Shown: positions 1 to 12,600 of the stretch, in pieces
Layout: each line of letters starts with the position of its first letter
How positions within the stretch are numbered: position 1 is the stretch's first letter
Notes under the pieces: model-generated
Told to the model about the DNA's origin: nothing
Databases searched by the model: none
What the model saw: the letters and a program-made list of their open reading frames with translations, nothing else
Made by a program: the position numbers and the translations under genes
From: PVC group bacterium
GTDB taxonomy: Bacteria; Verrucomicrobiota; Kiritimatiellia; CAIKKV01; CAITUY01
Length of the DNA: 64,000 nt
Assembly (NCBI GenBank): GCA_945890715.1
Contig: CAMDCX010000002.1
Span: forward strand, 11,869-75,868
Direction: 5' to 3'

Positions 1-3000
1 ACCGATGCCCTGGGACAGACCGCCACCCTCGAGTATGACCGGTTCGGAAATTCAATACAGGCAACCGATCCGGCTGGTAATGTTGAGATAACACGATATG
101 ACACTAATGGGGTGCATAGTCTTTCGGTTCGGAACAAGCGCGGATATGAGACACGGTATGACTACGATGGCTACGGGAATTGTGTACGCATTACCGATCC
201 TTGTGGCTTTAGCCGACATGCGAGTTTTAACAAGGTTGGCTGGAAGGAAAGTGAATGCGATGAGGCTGGGGTGGTGTCCCGATTCGAGTATGACCGCAAT
301 GGTCGACTGACGGCCTGTGTCAAATCCGCAGGAACACGGGAGGAGGCGATCACGCGGTTCAGCTATGATGGTCGCGGGTTGCCAGTGGAAATGATGGATT
401 CACGCGGAAACCGGGAAGTGACGGACTATGATGCGACAGGACGACCGACTTGCCTGACCGATAAACTGGGAGGGATAACGCTTACGGATTATGATTGGGA
501 TGACAATCCAGTCCGCATTGGCGATCCGCTCGGACAGGTCGCTGAAAATTTCTGCGATGGACGCGGGAATGTCATTCTTCACTTTGACCGCCGGGGCAGT
601 GCGACAACCGTGGCGTATGATGGCAACAATCAACCGGTTTCCAGTGTCGACGCCGGAGGGAATCGCCTTCAAAAAACCTACGATGAAAACGGAAATCTAC
701 TTGCTGAAAAACGGCAGGCTACGGGTTTCCCGGGATGTCTGCCTGGTGAGATTTCGGAACCGGTAACGGTGACTTATACCTATGATGCCCTTAATCGGAT
801 GACTCAAAAGGTCATCGGGGCAGGGCGGCAGGATGCCAGGGTCTATACCACCGACTACGACTCTTCGGGACGAGTGATTCGTGAAACCGATCCACTCGGG
901 AATTCCCTTGCCACCGGATATGACTCTGAAGGGAATCGCACCAATATCAGCCTTTTTGATGCGAGCGGGAGGCTTGTCAGTAGGGAACTGACCTTCTTTG
1001 ATGCGGCCAACCGTCCGGTCACTGTGATCAAGGGATTCGGTGTCGTTACGGCGACGAACTGGAGCGACTATGATGCCCGTGGACTGAAAGTCTCTACGTG
1101 TGATGGGCGGGGGAACAAAACACTGTTTTCGTACGACACTCACCGGCGCCTTATCTCAACCACGGATCCGCTCGGGACTGTTCATTGGGGGAATTATGAC
1201 AGTCTGGGCAATAAGGTCAGGGAGCGCGAGGCTTCCGGGGCGATTACTGAATATGCCTGGGATGCGGCCGGGCGCCTGACGAACACGGTGGTCGGTGTGG
1301 GACTGTCTGATGCCCGGGTGAGCTTCACGTTCCGTGACCGATTGGGACGGGTGGTGCGGGAAACTGATCCGGAGGGATATTCCCTTTCGTGGACCTATGA
1401 TGCCGAAGGGACTGTGCTTACGGAGACCAATTCGCTGGGGTATGTCAAAGTCTTCTTCCCTGATGCGATGGGGCGGGTCACCAATACGGTTGATGAGGCC
1501 GGGGGACAGATCGGGCAGGCTTTGGATGGCAACGGAAAGCTTCGACGGTTCACCGATAAATTGGGGGGCGTTACCGTCTCCGACTATGATGCGTACGGCA
1601 ATCTCGTCAGTCTTACGGATGCGCTTGGGGGACAGGCAAGATGGGCATATGACGGAAACGACACTAAGATCCGGGAAACTGATCCACGAGGATTGATATC
1701 CTCGCTATTTTATGATGCCGCCGGGCGGATGACCAATAAAACGGCCGGGGTCGGACTGGCTGATGTTTCAAGTTCCCGAGTGGTTTACGATGAATTGGGC
1801 CGGGCGGTGAGATCGTTCAATCCGGTCGGCGGGTGCGAGATCCTGCAGTATGACGTCGTCGGAAACTGCATTGCCAGAACGGATCCCCGTGGTGCTGTGA
1901 CCCATTATGAGTATGATGCGTTGAATCGTCAGACGGTCACAGTGGATGCCTTGGGCGGGAAGACCTCGATAACCTATGATGATCGGGGAAATAGTGTGTC
2001 GATGACGGACGCCCTGGGTGGCCTCTCACGCTCGTCTTATGATGCCTATAACCTGAAGCGGAGTTCCACCGACGCGCTGGGCAACACCACGCGATACCAG
2101 TATGACCGGCTGGGTCGCTTGATTGCCACGACGGATCCCCTGGGCGGTGTTGAATCGCGGGCGTATGATGCTGCTGGGAATTGTGTCGCGACAGTGAATA
2201 AGAACGGGGTCCCGTCCTTTTTTGCCTATGATCGTCTTGGACGTGTTACCAACACGACCGATGCCCTAGGCTATCATACCCGGAAGACCTATGATTCCCT
2301 TGGAAACCTGCTTGAGGCTTTTGATAAGCGCGGGAACGGCATGGTTTATCAGGTTGATAAGCTGGGGCGGAGGATAGCGGTGACTGACCCCGCCTCAAAC
2401 ACCCTGTATTTTGCCTATGACGCAGGCGGAAACAAAATTCAGGAATCCATGCCATCCGGGAGAGTGACCACATCAGGGTATGACGGGTTTGGTCGATTGA
2501 TTCTCAAAACCGTGGGAACGGGGGATCGCGAGGCCCGCCAGACACGGTTAGAATATGATTCCGTGGGGCGACTGACGCGGGATATAGATCCGTATGGGTA
2601 TGCCCTTGAACGCCAGTATGACGCCAATGGAAACACGACCAACATCACGGATCGGCGGGGATATTCGACCCGGATGGAATACGACGAACTGAACCGGTTG
2701 ACCAGGACGATTGATGCGCTGGGGAATTCGTCGTCAGTGATGTATGACCGGCTGGGGCGGATTACGGGAACAACCAATCGGCGTGGTGATACAACCCATC
2801 ACTCCTATGATGCGACAGGACGTCTGACGGCCATTCAGGATGCGGAAGGCCATATCACCAGCAACCGGTATGACAAACTGGGGCGATTGTGTGAGGAAAT
2901 GGCCCCTAACGGACGTCGAACCCTAATGAGTTACGATGCGGTGGGGCAGTTGACCAACAAGACCGTGAGCGGTTCCGGTAGCGAGAGCCGGAATCAGAGC

Positions 3001-3603
3001 TATGGATACGATGCCCTGGGCCGGATGTGCCGGGTTACTGATGCGGCGGGTGGGGAAACAATCCTGGATTATGATCCCACTGGGAATGTGATTCAATCGG
3101 CGACTCTGAATCCCTTAGGAAAAGTTCTGAGACGCCGAAGTACGCAGTATGATTCCCGGAATCTCCCTATCCTTGCTTATGATTACTTGGGGAATGCTTG
3201 GCGGACTGACTATGATTCCAGTGGGCGGAAAACGGGGGAAGAGGATCCGCTCGGAAATCGGACGACAACCGGGTTTAACCGTTTCGATGAAATTGTGTCG
3301 GTAACCGATGCGCTGGCTCACCGCACGGAAACCCGGTACGACCGGTGCGGGCGGAAAGTGGAAGTGGTAAACCCTCTGGGACAGCGTACGAGATACCAGT
3401 ATGACCCCAACGGCAACAGAACAGCCGTCATTGATGATAATGGCAATGCCATGCTCTATGCTTTTGATGCTCTGAACCGGGTGTCCGAAATCAATCGCAC
3501 CATGCCATCGGTTCCGGCTGATGTTCTGAAGCGGGCGGATGTAAATGGGGATGGTCGGATTAATGGGGATGATGTGACCACCCTGGACGGGGGACTCCCA
3601 TGA
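1..3603 (+). CDS. RHS/YD-repeat protein, 5'-partial (continues upstream of window); long YD shell with no RHS core/DPxGL motif
   Basis: Frame 1 is open from nt 1 (TDALGQTATLEYDRFGNSIQATDPAGN...), so the listed Met at 112 is internal. There are dozens of YD repeats (YDxxGRxxxxTDPLGN...). The C-terminus carries a DVNGDGRINGDDV calcium-loop/dockerin-like motif. The stop overlaps the next start (ATGA at 3600-3603). Confidence 0.85.
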   Translation, partial: TDALGQTATLEYDRFGNSIQATDPAGNVEITRYDTNGVHSLSVRNKRGYETRYDYDGYGNCVRITDPCGFSRHASFNKVGWKESECDEAGVVSRFEYDRNGRLTACVKSAGTREEAITRFSYDGRGLPVEMMDSRGNREVTDYDATGRPTCLTDKLGGITLTDYDWDDNPVRIGDPLGQVAENFCDGRGNVILHFDRRGSATTVAYDGNNQPVSSVDAGGNRLQKTYDENGNLLAEKRQATGFPGCLPGEISEPVTVTYTYDALNRMTQKVIGAGRQDARVYTTDYDSSGRVIRETDPLGNSLATGYDSEGNRTNISLFDASGRLVSRELTFFDAANRPVTVIKGFGVVTATNWSDYDARGLKVSTCDGRGNKTLFSYDTHRRLISTTDPLGTVHWGNYDSLGNKVREREASGAITEYAWDAAGRLTNTVVGVGLSDARVSFTFRDRLGRVVRETDPEGYSLSWTYDAEGTVLTETNSLGYVKVFFPDAMGRVTNTVDEAGGQIGQALDGNGKLRRFTDKLGGVTVSDYDAYGNLVSLTDALGGQARWAYDGNDTKIRETDPRGLISSLFYDAAGRMTNKTAGVGLADVSSSRVVYDELGRAVRSFNPVGGCEILQYDVVGNCIARTDPRGAVTHYEYDALNRQTVTVDALGGKTSITYDDRGNSVSMTDALGGLSRSSYDAYNLKRSSTDALGNTTRYQYDRLGRLIATTDPLGGVESRAYDAAGNCVATVNKNGVPSFFAYDRLGRVTNTTDALGYHTRKTYDSLGNLLEAFDKRGNGMVYQVDKLGRRIAVTDPASNTLYFAYDAGGNKIQESMPSGRVTTSGYDGFGRLILKTVGTGDREARQTRLEYDSVGRLTRDIDPYGYALERQYDANGNTTNITDRRGYSTRMEYDELNRLTRTIDALGNSSSVMYDRLGRITGTTNRRGDTTHHSYDATGRLTAIQDAEGHITSNRYDKLGRLCEEMAPNGRRTLMSYDAVGQLTNKTVSGSGSESRNQSYGYDALGRMCRVTDAAGGETILDYDPTGNVIQSATLNPLGKVLRRRSTQYDSRNLPILAYDYLGNAWRTDYDSSGRKTGEEDPLGNRTTTGFNRFDEIVSVTDALAHRTETRYDRCGRKVEVVNPLGQRTRYQYDPNGNRTAVIDDNGNAMLYAFDALNRVSEINRTMPSVPADVLKRADVNGDGRINGDDVTTLDGGLP

Positions 3604-6600
3604 GGGTGCCGATCTCCATAACCCGGGTTGTTCTGGCGTTTGGTATTGCCGCCGTGTGGTTGGTTTCAGGAGTTTCGGTCGCGACCCCCGAGTGGTGGAC
3701 GAGTCGAAAGGTTCTTGTCACGAACGCAATTCCGGAAGATTTTGCGCCGGTTCTCCAGGGGCAGGTCTGGTGGTTGGCAACCAATGCCTTCGCTGAATTC
3801 CAAGGGAAAATGCCCGGCGGGGCAGGGGATGAGGTGCAACACTTGATTACAAGCCCGGCGACTAGCAGTGATTTCAGCCCCGTCGCTATCGGACAGTTGA
3901 AGACTGTAGGGGCAGCATTTTACAGGCGTCTGATGGGGGAGGGTGTGGCAACCGGGTATCCGTGGGGGACGGATGATGGGGCTGATTTTGCGCCAGCAAC
4001 GATCGGGCAGGCAAAATCAGTGTTTGGGTTTGATTTGGAGGGTGCGGTATTCAGTCCGTCGATCTCCGGCCAGATTGCCTATCCCGGTTCTCAGCTCGGC
4101 TTGATTCGGGTGGTGGCGGTGCCGGTGGATCGGCCTTGCATCGAAGCGTGGGCGGATATCGCCGAAACAGGCGCCTATCATGTGGTGTCCGGGCGAGGTG
4201 CCGCGACATGGAGGATTGAGGCCTGGCGTGATTCCGATCAAAACGCGAGGCAGGATGCGTGGGAGGCCTGTGGAGAGTATCCGCTCAATCCCCTCACGGT
4301 CACCTCGGTCGTTTCAGGAATTGATCTGGTGTTGTCCGATCCGGATGAGGACGGTGATGGAATTCCAGGTTACCGTGAAATTGAACTCGGGCTTGATCCG
4401 GATTACCCCTTTGATGCCCTGGTTGATGCCGACGGTGATGGATTGTCGTTGGCAGATGAATTTCGGTTCGGATCCGATGCCCTCAAGGGGGATTCCGATG
4501 GGGATGGAATGGGAGATGGCGCTGAGATCCTGAACGAGTTCTCTCCGACGACTGGACACACTCATACTCGTCTTCCGTTCATTGAATCGTTTGAGCTTCC
4601 GGCTATTACCAACGGAATCCTCGCAGGACAAAAACAATGGCTTTCAACCGGAGGGCTTCTTGCGGTTGTATCTACGAATCCGGTGATATCGGGAAGCCAG
4701 ACGCTGTGGCTCCACGCTTCGACTAATACGGGGGCGGCGATTATTCAGCCTTTGGCCACCCATGGATTTGATCGGATCTGGATCGATTATCAGGCAATAC
4801 CCGTTTGGCGTTCAGCCAACAATGCCCCTTTGCCTGCTGCTGGATCCGTCGCTTCATTCTATTTCAACCCATCGGGAAAGATTGTTGTGTATGACAACTC
4901 GTGGCCACCCGGCGAATGGATGACATTGACCAATACCCCGATCCTGTCACGCAACAATGCGGTTCGGTTGACGGTTCAACTCGATTATGGACGCCGTATC
5001 TGGGGGCTGTGGCTCAACGGAACCAACATGCTGAAGGCGCTTCCGTTCGTAGGTGCTACTTCGGAATTGGCCCGGCTCCGGTTTACAGGCGCCTGGTATT
5101 CGGATACGGCCCTTGATCAGATTTCGGTTACGACCAATGCGCCTACAGGATTTGTGGCGGATTCGGATGGCGATGGCCTGCCGGATGATTGGGAATTGGC
5201 AAATGGCTTTGATCCTTATGAGGCGGACGATGCTTCGTCCGATTCCGACCGGGATGGCCTAACCAGCCTTCAGGAGTATACGCTGAACCTTGATCCCCGG
5301 GATTCTGATTCCGACCATGACGGCTGGAATGACGGCGCAGAAGTGGCTCTTGGAAATCCTTCTGTTTATGAGGATCCGAAATGGATGGCGACACTGCCGT
5401 TTGACGAGCCGTTTGAATCCCCGGTTGTGACGAATGGCGATCTTGCGGGACAGCATGGTTGGCTGGTCTCTCAAACCAACTGGGCACTCGTTCAAGGAGA
5501 AAAGCATGTCGGTGGATCTCAGTCTTTGAAATTAACTCCCAAATCAGACGTAACGGAAAACCTCTTCCATGTTGTAAAGGGGCCTTTCGGGGGTATCACT
5601 TGGACGGATTTCTGGGCTATTCCGGTAGGGCGTCAAATCGCGGGGCATCCTGTGATTCAGCCGTCTACCACGGCTTCCTTTTTCATCGACCATGACGGTT
5701 TTCCTGTTGTGCGAGATGGCGCAGAGTGGAAAATTGTGACGAATGCGCCGGTGATATCAGGGACAAATTGGCACCGGTTTACTCTCATGCAGGATTTTTC
5801 AAATTCTGTCTGGAGTTTATGCCTAGATGGCTTTCCTGTGGCTGTCGACCTGAGATTTGCGCATCCCCTCACCCAATATACCGGGGTCAGGGTTTCAGGT
5901 GCCTGCAACGCGGCAACATGGCTGGATGATCTCCATGTGACAACCGTGGCACCGGGGGATATTGATAGTGATGGGGACGGTCTTCCGAATGCCTGGGAAA
6001 TCGCCTACGGCTTCAATCCGAGCGATCCATCGGATGCCTCCGATGATCCTGATTCCGATGGTCTCGCCAATGAGGAAGAGTATCACTTTGGGCTTAATCC
6101 GGTTAACCGTGATACGGATGGCGATGGGATGGGTGACGGGGCTGAAATCATGCGGGGATATTCCCCGACGAATGCGGGATCATTTCGTTGTCTTCCATTT
6201 GCCGAACTCTTTGAGCCGACTGCGGTTACTAACGGTACTCTTGCGGGACAACAGGGGTGGATCGTGGTTTCGTCAAATGCTACGGCGGTGGTTCAGACGG
6301 ACATGGTGTGGGAGGCGACCCAGGCTTTGCAACTGGGCGGGTGTACTTCTCCTGTGTCCATTTTTAATCCCGTGGCGGCTGTGGGAATTCCGGTTGTTTG
6401 GACTGATCTGCGGGCCAAGCCCGTATTCCGGTCAGTGGCTAGCATGCCGGTTCTGGATGCTGCGTCGGTTCTGGGATTATTTGTAAACAAGGAGGGGTAT
6501 GTTGTTGCTCGTGATGGGTGTGATTGGATAACCCTGACCCATCATCAGTCGTTGATGACGAACGTCTGGAGCCGATTTACCACCTGTCAGGACTATGACA

Positions 6601-9600
6601 AAACGAACTGGACGCTTTATGTCAACGGGGAACGGTGGGCGACGAATCTGGCGTTTGCCTGTCCTTCAAAAGAGTATTCCGGGTTTGGGGTGAAAGGGCC
6701 TCTTTATCGCCCCGGGTTTCTGGATGCCGTGATGGTGTCCACCAATCCGCCTCTTGATATTGATATGGACGGGGATGGCCTGCCCGGCGATTGGGAAACC
6801 CTGTATGGTCTTAATCCCGGCAATCCTTCCGATTCATGGGTCGATTCCGATCAGGATGGTCTGTCAAATCTTGACGAATGCCGGCTTGGAACCAATCCCT
6901 GGCTTCGCGATACGGATGGCGATGGGATCGGAGATGGTGCGGAGTTGATTGTGGGCGGAGTGCCATCACTCTCCAATGAGTTTTTCAGATTACCTTTCGT
7001 GGAGGGCTATGAAGCGCCGATGGTGATTTCGGGAAATCTTGTTTGCCAGAATGGGTGGCTGGCGAGTGGGTCGAATGCGGTGATGGTTCAGTCGAATTGT
7101 GTTTTTGAGGGAATCCAGGCCCTGGCGCTGGGATCCACCGGAATGGCAACTCATGTTTTTGCCAGCGACGGGGCACCGGTGGTTTGGATTGATTTTCAGG
7201 CGAGGCTGGCTCGTCGGCTTACCCAAGCGGAACCTATCATCAGTTCCAATTCTGCATCGGCATTTTTCATAAATTCGTCTGGTCTGCTGGTCCTTTCCGG
7301 GAAGGCTTCCAGCACACAACGATGGGACGTTCTGTCCAGTCATGTTCCGGTGACGACGGGGCAATGGATCCGGTTAACGGCGTGTTTGAACTACCCTGCG
7401 CAGCGATGGTCCCTCTGGCTGAACGGAGTGCGTGTGGCCAGTGAGCTTTGCTTTGCCAATCCTGTTGTCGAGTTCTCCCGGGCTCAATTCCATGGCCCCG
7501 CCTTATCGGTCGCCACTCTGGATAACCTTGCCATCACCACGAACGAACCGCCAGGGCTCGACACCGATGGCGATGGGTTGCCGAATGCCTGGGAAATCGC
7601 CCATGGCTTTGATCCGTCTGATCCGTCTGATTCGTCGGATCCTGACTGTGATGGGCTCACCAATTTTGAGGAATATCAACTAGGGCTGGATCCGTGTGAC
7701 CCTGACACCGACCACGATGGCCTTGTGGATGGCCATGACGGGATCATGCCGATGGGGCTTTTCCCCGCCGGGGTTGATGTTACTGGAGACGGTTTTGCCG
7801 ATGGCGAATCAGATTTTGGGTGTGATCCGTTGCTGGATGACAGTGATCAGGATGGCATTACGGATGGCGAGGAAGTCAGGATGGGGCTGGATCCGTGCCA
7901 TTCCACAATCGGGCAGGGATTAGCGGCCTGGTACAAACTTGATGAAACCAATGGAATCATGATTGCGGATAGCTCGCCGAATCATCGTGGCGGTGAATGG
8001 GTTGGAGCCGGAAGTGTCACCGGGACGGTGGGGCGGATGGATGGGGCACTGCAATGTGATGGCCGTGGGGACGGGGTCATGATTGCAACGACCAATCTGC
8101 TTGATCTAAATACAAATTTTACGATTTCCGTTTGGGTCTGCCCGGATTCCCGTGGAACGAATCCAGTCCAAGTTATTGTGTCGCAGGGAAGTGCAGGGGC
8201 GATGGTGCTTAATCAAGGCAAGCCTGAATTCAGAGTTTTGAATGTTCCGACTGGATTAGTGGCATGTGCCGCGAGTCTTCCTGCAAGGGCCTGGACCCAT
8301 GTGGCTGTAGTCCGTGAGGGTGATGTCGTCTCTCTTTTTGTGGAGGGTAAGACGGTGTCTTCAAATCGGGTTTCGGGGACTGTTCCGGGCACGGCCGCGT
8401 TGTGGGGTCTTGGCTATAATCCCGGTCTGGCTTCCCAGTATTTTGCCGGGGGGTTGGATGATGTCCGCCTTTATCATCGTGCCCTTGCGGCGGGAGAGAT
8501 TCAGGAACTAGTTGTGCTGGGCGGAGATTTTGACGGGGACACGGTTGGAAATAAAGAGGAATTGAGGTCCGGTGCCGATCCCTTTTCCTCCCCGCTTCCG
8601 GCGGTCATGGCTGGTGATCTTGATGGAGATGGGCGCGTGACCGGCCGTGATCGCGATCGCTTGGTCGCTTTAGCGGATGAGATGACGCGCGATGTGACAC
8701 GATTCAGTTATGATGCTGAGGGGAATGTGACGCGTAAGGTGGATGCAATGGGGAATGCCACCGAGATGACTTATAACCGGAATAACCGGCTTCTGGGCAC
8801 ACGGGATGCGAATGGTCATCTTCAGCTCAACGAAATCGATAGCATGGGCGCCGTGGTGGCGACAACGGATGCGATGAGCGCACTCACGCGATTTGATTAT
8901 GATGGTTTCGGATCCGTGATTCAGGTGACTGATGCGGTCGGAAAAGCGACCCGGATGGAATATAACCTGCTCGGGCAGGTTGTCCGGACTGTCAATTCGC
9001 GCGGAACCGCCCAGGTCACCTTGTATGACGACCTCGGGCGTGTGGAGTGTGTGGTTGCCGCCGCCGGGACGCCCGAGGAACAGCGCTCGTGGTCGTACTA
9101 TGATGCGGGCGACAATCTGGTCAGCAACCGGAATAATATCGGCGTCATCAATGAGTACCAGTATGACGCTTGCGGGAAAATGGTGAAACAGATTCTGGCG
9201 CGCGGAACCTCCGGGGAGAAGGTTGATGAAACCATCTATGATGCCCGCGGACTGGCGGTCAGTCGTAAGGATTCCCGGGGTTATTGGTCCCATGTGGGCT
9301 ATGACGCTCTCGCGCGCCAGGTGAGTACAACGGATGCCCTGGGCCATGTTTCGCAGGAGCTGTATGACAATCTTGGGAATGTGATTTCCAGTATCCAGCC
9401 CAATGGCCGGACGGTTCAGACGGATTATGACAAGTGGGGCCGGGCTGTTCGGGTACGGGATGGAAATGACATTACCGAAACCGGCTATGATGTGCTTGAT
9501 CGTGTTGTTTCCAAAACGGATTGGCGCGGAATTCGAGCGGCCAATTTTTATGATGCCGTGGGCAATCTCACGAACGCGGTCGAGGCACTGGGCACACCCG

Positions 9601-12600
9601 AACAATCCGGAACGGTGACAGTCTATGATGCGGGCAACCGCCCGGTTCGCAGGGTGAATGCCAACGGTGGTTCTGTGGTGACTGCCTATGATGCGTTGGG
9701 CAACAAGACGTCCTTTACGGACGAATTGGGGTATGTCAGTCGCTGGACTTATGCCCATGGGAAACGGCTTGAAGGATATTCCCTGCCCGACGGTACGGGG
9801 GTCACCCATCACTATGATGCCTTGGATCGTTTGGTAGAGGTGCGGGTAAATGGTACGGCGCAACAGGCGTATGCGTATGACGGGGTATCCCGACTGACGA
9901 ATTCGATCGATTACAACCAAGCTGGTTCGGCAGATGATAGTGTTGTGGCCTACGACTATGATGCTCTCAACCGGGTTGTTGAGGAGCGTCAAAATGGAAA
10001 AAGAATTCAACGCCAGTTTGATACGGGGGGGCACGCTGTGGCGGTGACTTATCCTTCCGGCTTTGTGTTGAAACGGTCATTTGACGCCAAGGGTCGTCTT
10101 GCAGGCCTAAAAAACGAGGACGGCACGACGACCTATTCCGCCTATGCTTATACACCCAATTCCCGAATCCAGACTATCACGTATGGAAACGGGGTGGTGG
10201 AAACGCATGGACTGGATTCCCGGGAGCGATTGCAGACGCTGTTTCAGCAGGGAATTCACTGTGATCTGCGGGCCACATTGGCGCGGGATCCCGGTGGGAA
10301 TGTGACGCTGTGCTCCCAAAACGGGGGCGCAGGGGATGTGTTCATGTATGATTCCCTGAGCCGGGTTGTAGCGCGAAAAAACCTGAGCAACGTGTTTGAG
10401 GAATCGCTCCGGTATGATGCTCTTGGAAATTGGTTGTCCACATCCAATCCGGTTGAAGGGTCTGTTTCCCGTTCGGTAAATGTCGGCAATCAGTATGACC
10501 AGATCGGGGCGCAATCGCTCCGGTATGATTTGAACGGAAGCCTGACTAATTGGAACAACCGAAATTTTATTTATGACTATCTGGCACGGCTTGTGGAGGT
10601 TCGGTCGAATGGACAGGTGATTGCCCGGTACCGTTATGATGCCGCAAATCGTCGTGTCGGCAAGGATACCGTTGCAGGTCATCAGGCCTACTACTATGAC
10701 GGGGATACCCTTATTGATGAATCGACGAATGAGGCCTGGACTCGAAGCACCATTCACGGGGGCACTTTGGATACACCGGTGGCCATGGTGAGCGGCGGGG
10801 CGACATTCTATTATTTGAGGGATTGGCGGGCTAATATCGCCGCTCTTATCGATTCAGGGGGAACTCCCGTTGAAAGCTACCAGTATTCCCTTTTTGGCCG
10901 GATGACGGTAGTGAACGCCGAGGAAAATCCGGTTCAGCAAAGCGGGTTCGGCACGATCTGGACCTTTGCCGGACGCCAGTGGGATGCCGAAACAGGGTTG
11001 ATGCACAACCGGAACCGGACTTACTCGGCTGAACTGGGCCGGTTCCTCCAGCGCGATCCTGCGGGGTATGTCGATGGAATGAATCTTTATGCCTATGCAG
11101 GAAATAATCCGTTGCTGTTCTCAGACCCGTATGGATTGTACCGGTGGAGTCATGGTGCGCTGGATAGCCGTGTTGGCGACTGGATATTCGAGCAATACGG
11201 ACAAGTTCGTGAAATGGAGCGGCAGCGACGGGAGTATGAGGAGGCGCTTCGCCAGGCCGAGGAGGAGCGTCAGCGAATTGAACAGGAAAACGAGTATGCG
11301 GCTCGTGCCTTCAACCAGTACAAGAACGCGCATGTCGGCGAAATCAAGACTATGGTCGGGAAGTATCGCCACTTGGGGGTGAACGAGAACGAGGCGGCAC
11401 AGCTTCTCATGAGCGGGATCAGCTCGATTCCCAGGCTCGGGGCAACGGTGGGACCCAATGACACCCGGCGAGGCTGGTGGCTGGATTATTACCTGCGCGG
11501 CGGCCAGGTCAATACCACCATGCGTGACGAGATGCGCAGCGCGGGGGTCGGGACGGTGGATGAGTTTTTTGCGAAGACCTCCCAAAAGGAAACCGCATTG
11601 CGGGATAAACGGAAGGCTACGCAGCAGCAATATACCATGGCGGCCGTGGCGATTGTGGCCACGGTGGTAACCTGCGGGGCGGGTGGGGTCTTGGGGGCCG
11701 CGTTACTCGGAACCGTGGGGGTCACGGCAACCACCGCGTCGTTCGGCGCCTTTGTTGCAGGGGCAGTAGCGATTCAAGGGGTGTCGGCCGCCGCCACGAC
11801 GATGATCTCGCATGGCAATCTCAGTGACTTCGCCCAGTCATGGGCGATCAACTCTGCAGCTAGTGTGGCGGGGTATGGGGCTGGTTATTCAGCGGCCAAG
11901 GCGGGTGCGGATCTCAATATCCAATTGGCGACCCAATCGGCCGCGAGCACCTTTGTGTCGTCAGGCTCCCGTGCCACATTGGCGGGTGAGGGCTTTAAAA
12001 ATGTGTTCCGGGATACGGCGATCAGCTTTGTGGCCGGAGGCATGATGGGAACATTCATGAAGGCGGAGGGAACTGGTTCGGTGCCTGCCAATTTTGGTGA
12101 GTATGTGAATAATGGGGCATCATCCTCGTTCGGATATCTACATTCCCCGCTTTCAGGAGGGGTTCAAGGTTCGCTGCATGCCGCGGTATATGGTGGAAAT
12201 ATGGTGGAGGCCTTTGGCGAGGGCTCAATTTCAAAGGAGGCCTTGACGAGTTATCTGATGGCTTCAGAAGTGTCGCAGGCTGCGAAATGGATGTCGGATC
12301 AGCTTGTCTCAGCACTTCCCAATGCGCCACGTCAGACGGCTCAATCCCGTGAATGGAAGGCGACTCCGGCGGCCGTCCATTCGGATAATTCGGTTAAGCG
12401 GATGGAGAACTCACAATCCTGGCAATCCCGGATGAGGAATGCGGCGATTGGAAGTGTGGTCACTGTGGCCAGTCATCTGGAGGAAATCATCGTGGCACCA
12501 GCCCGGGCGGTCTCGGAAATCTATTCAACTATGACGGCAGAGTCCTGGAAGATTCGGTCGCATGTGATCAATCCGTTTTCAAGAAGTTTTGCGGGGTATC

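Noticed and set aside
8670-10034. 454-aa ORF on the minus strand inside the giant RHS gene
   Set aside because: It is antisense to a frame with unmistakable YD repeats. Its translation is low-complexity (I/R/H/P-rich) with no motifs, a typical shadow ORF in GC-rich coding DNA.
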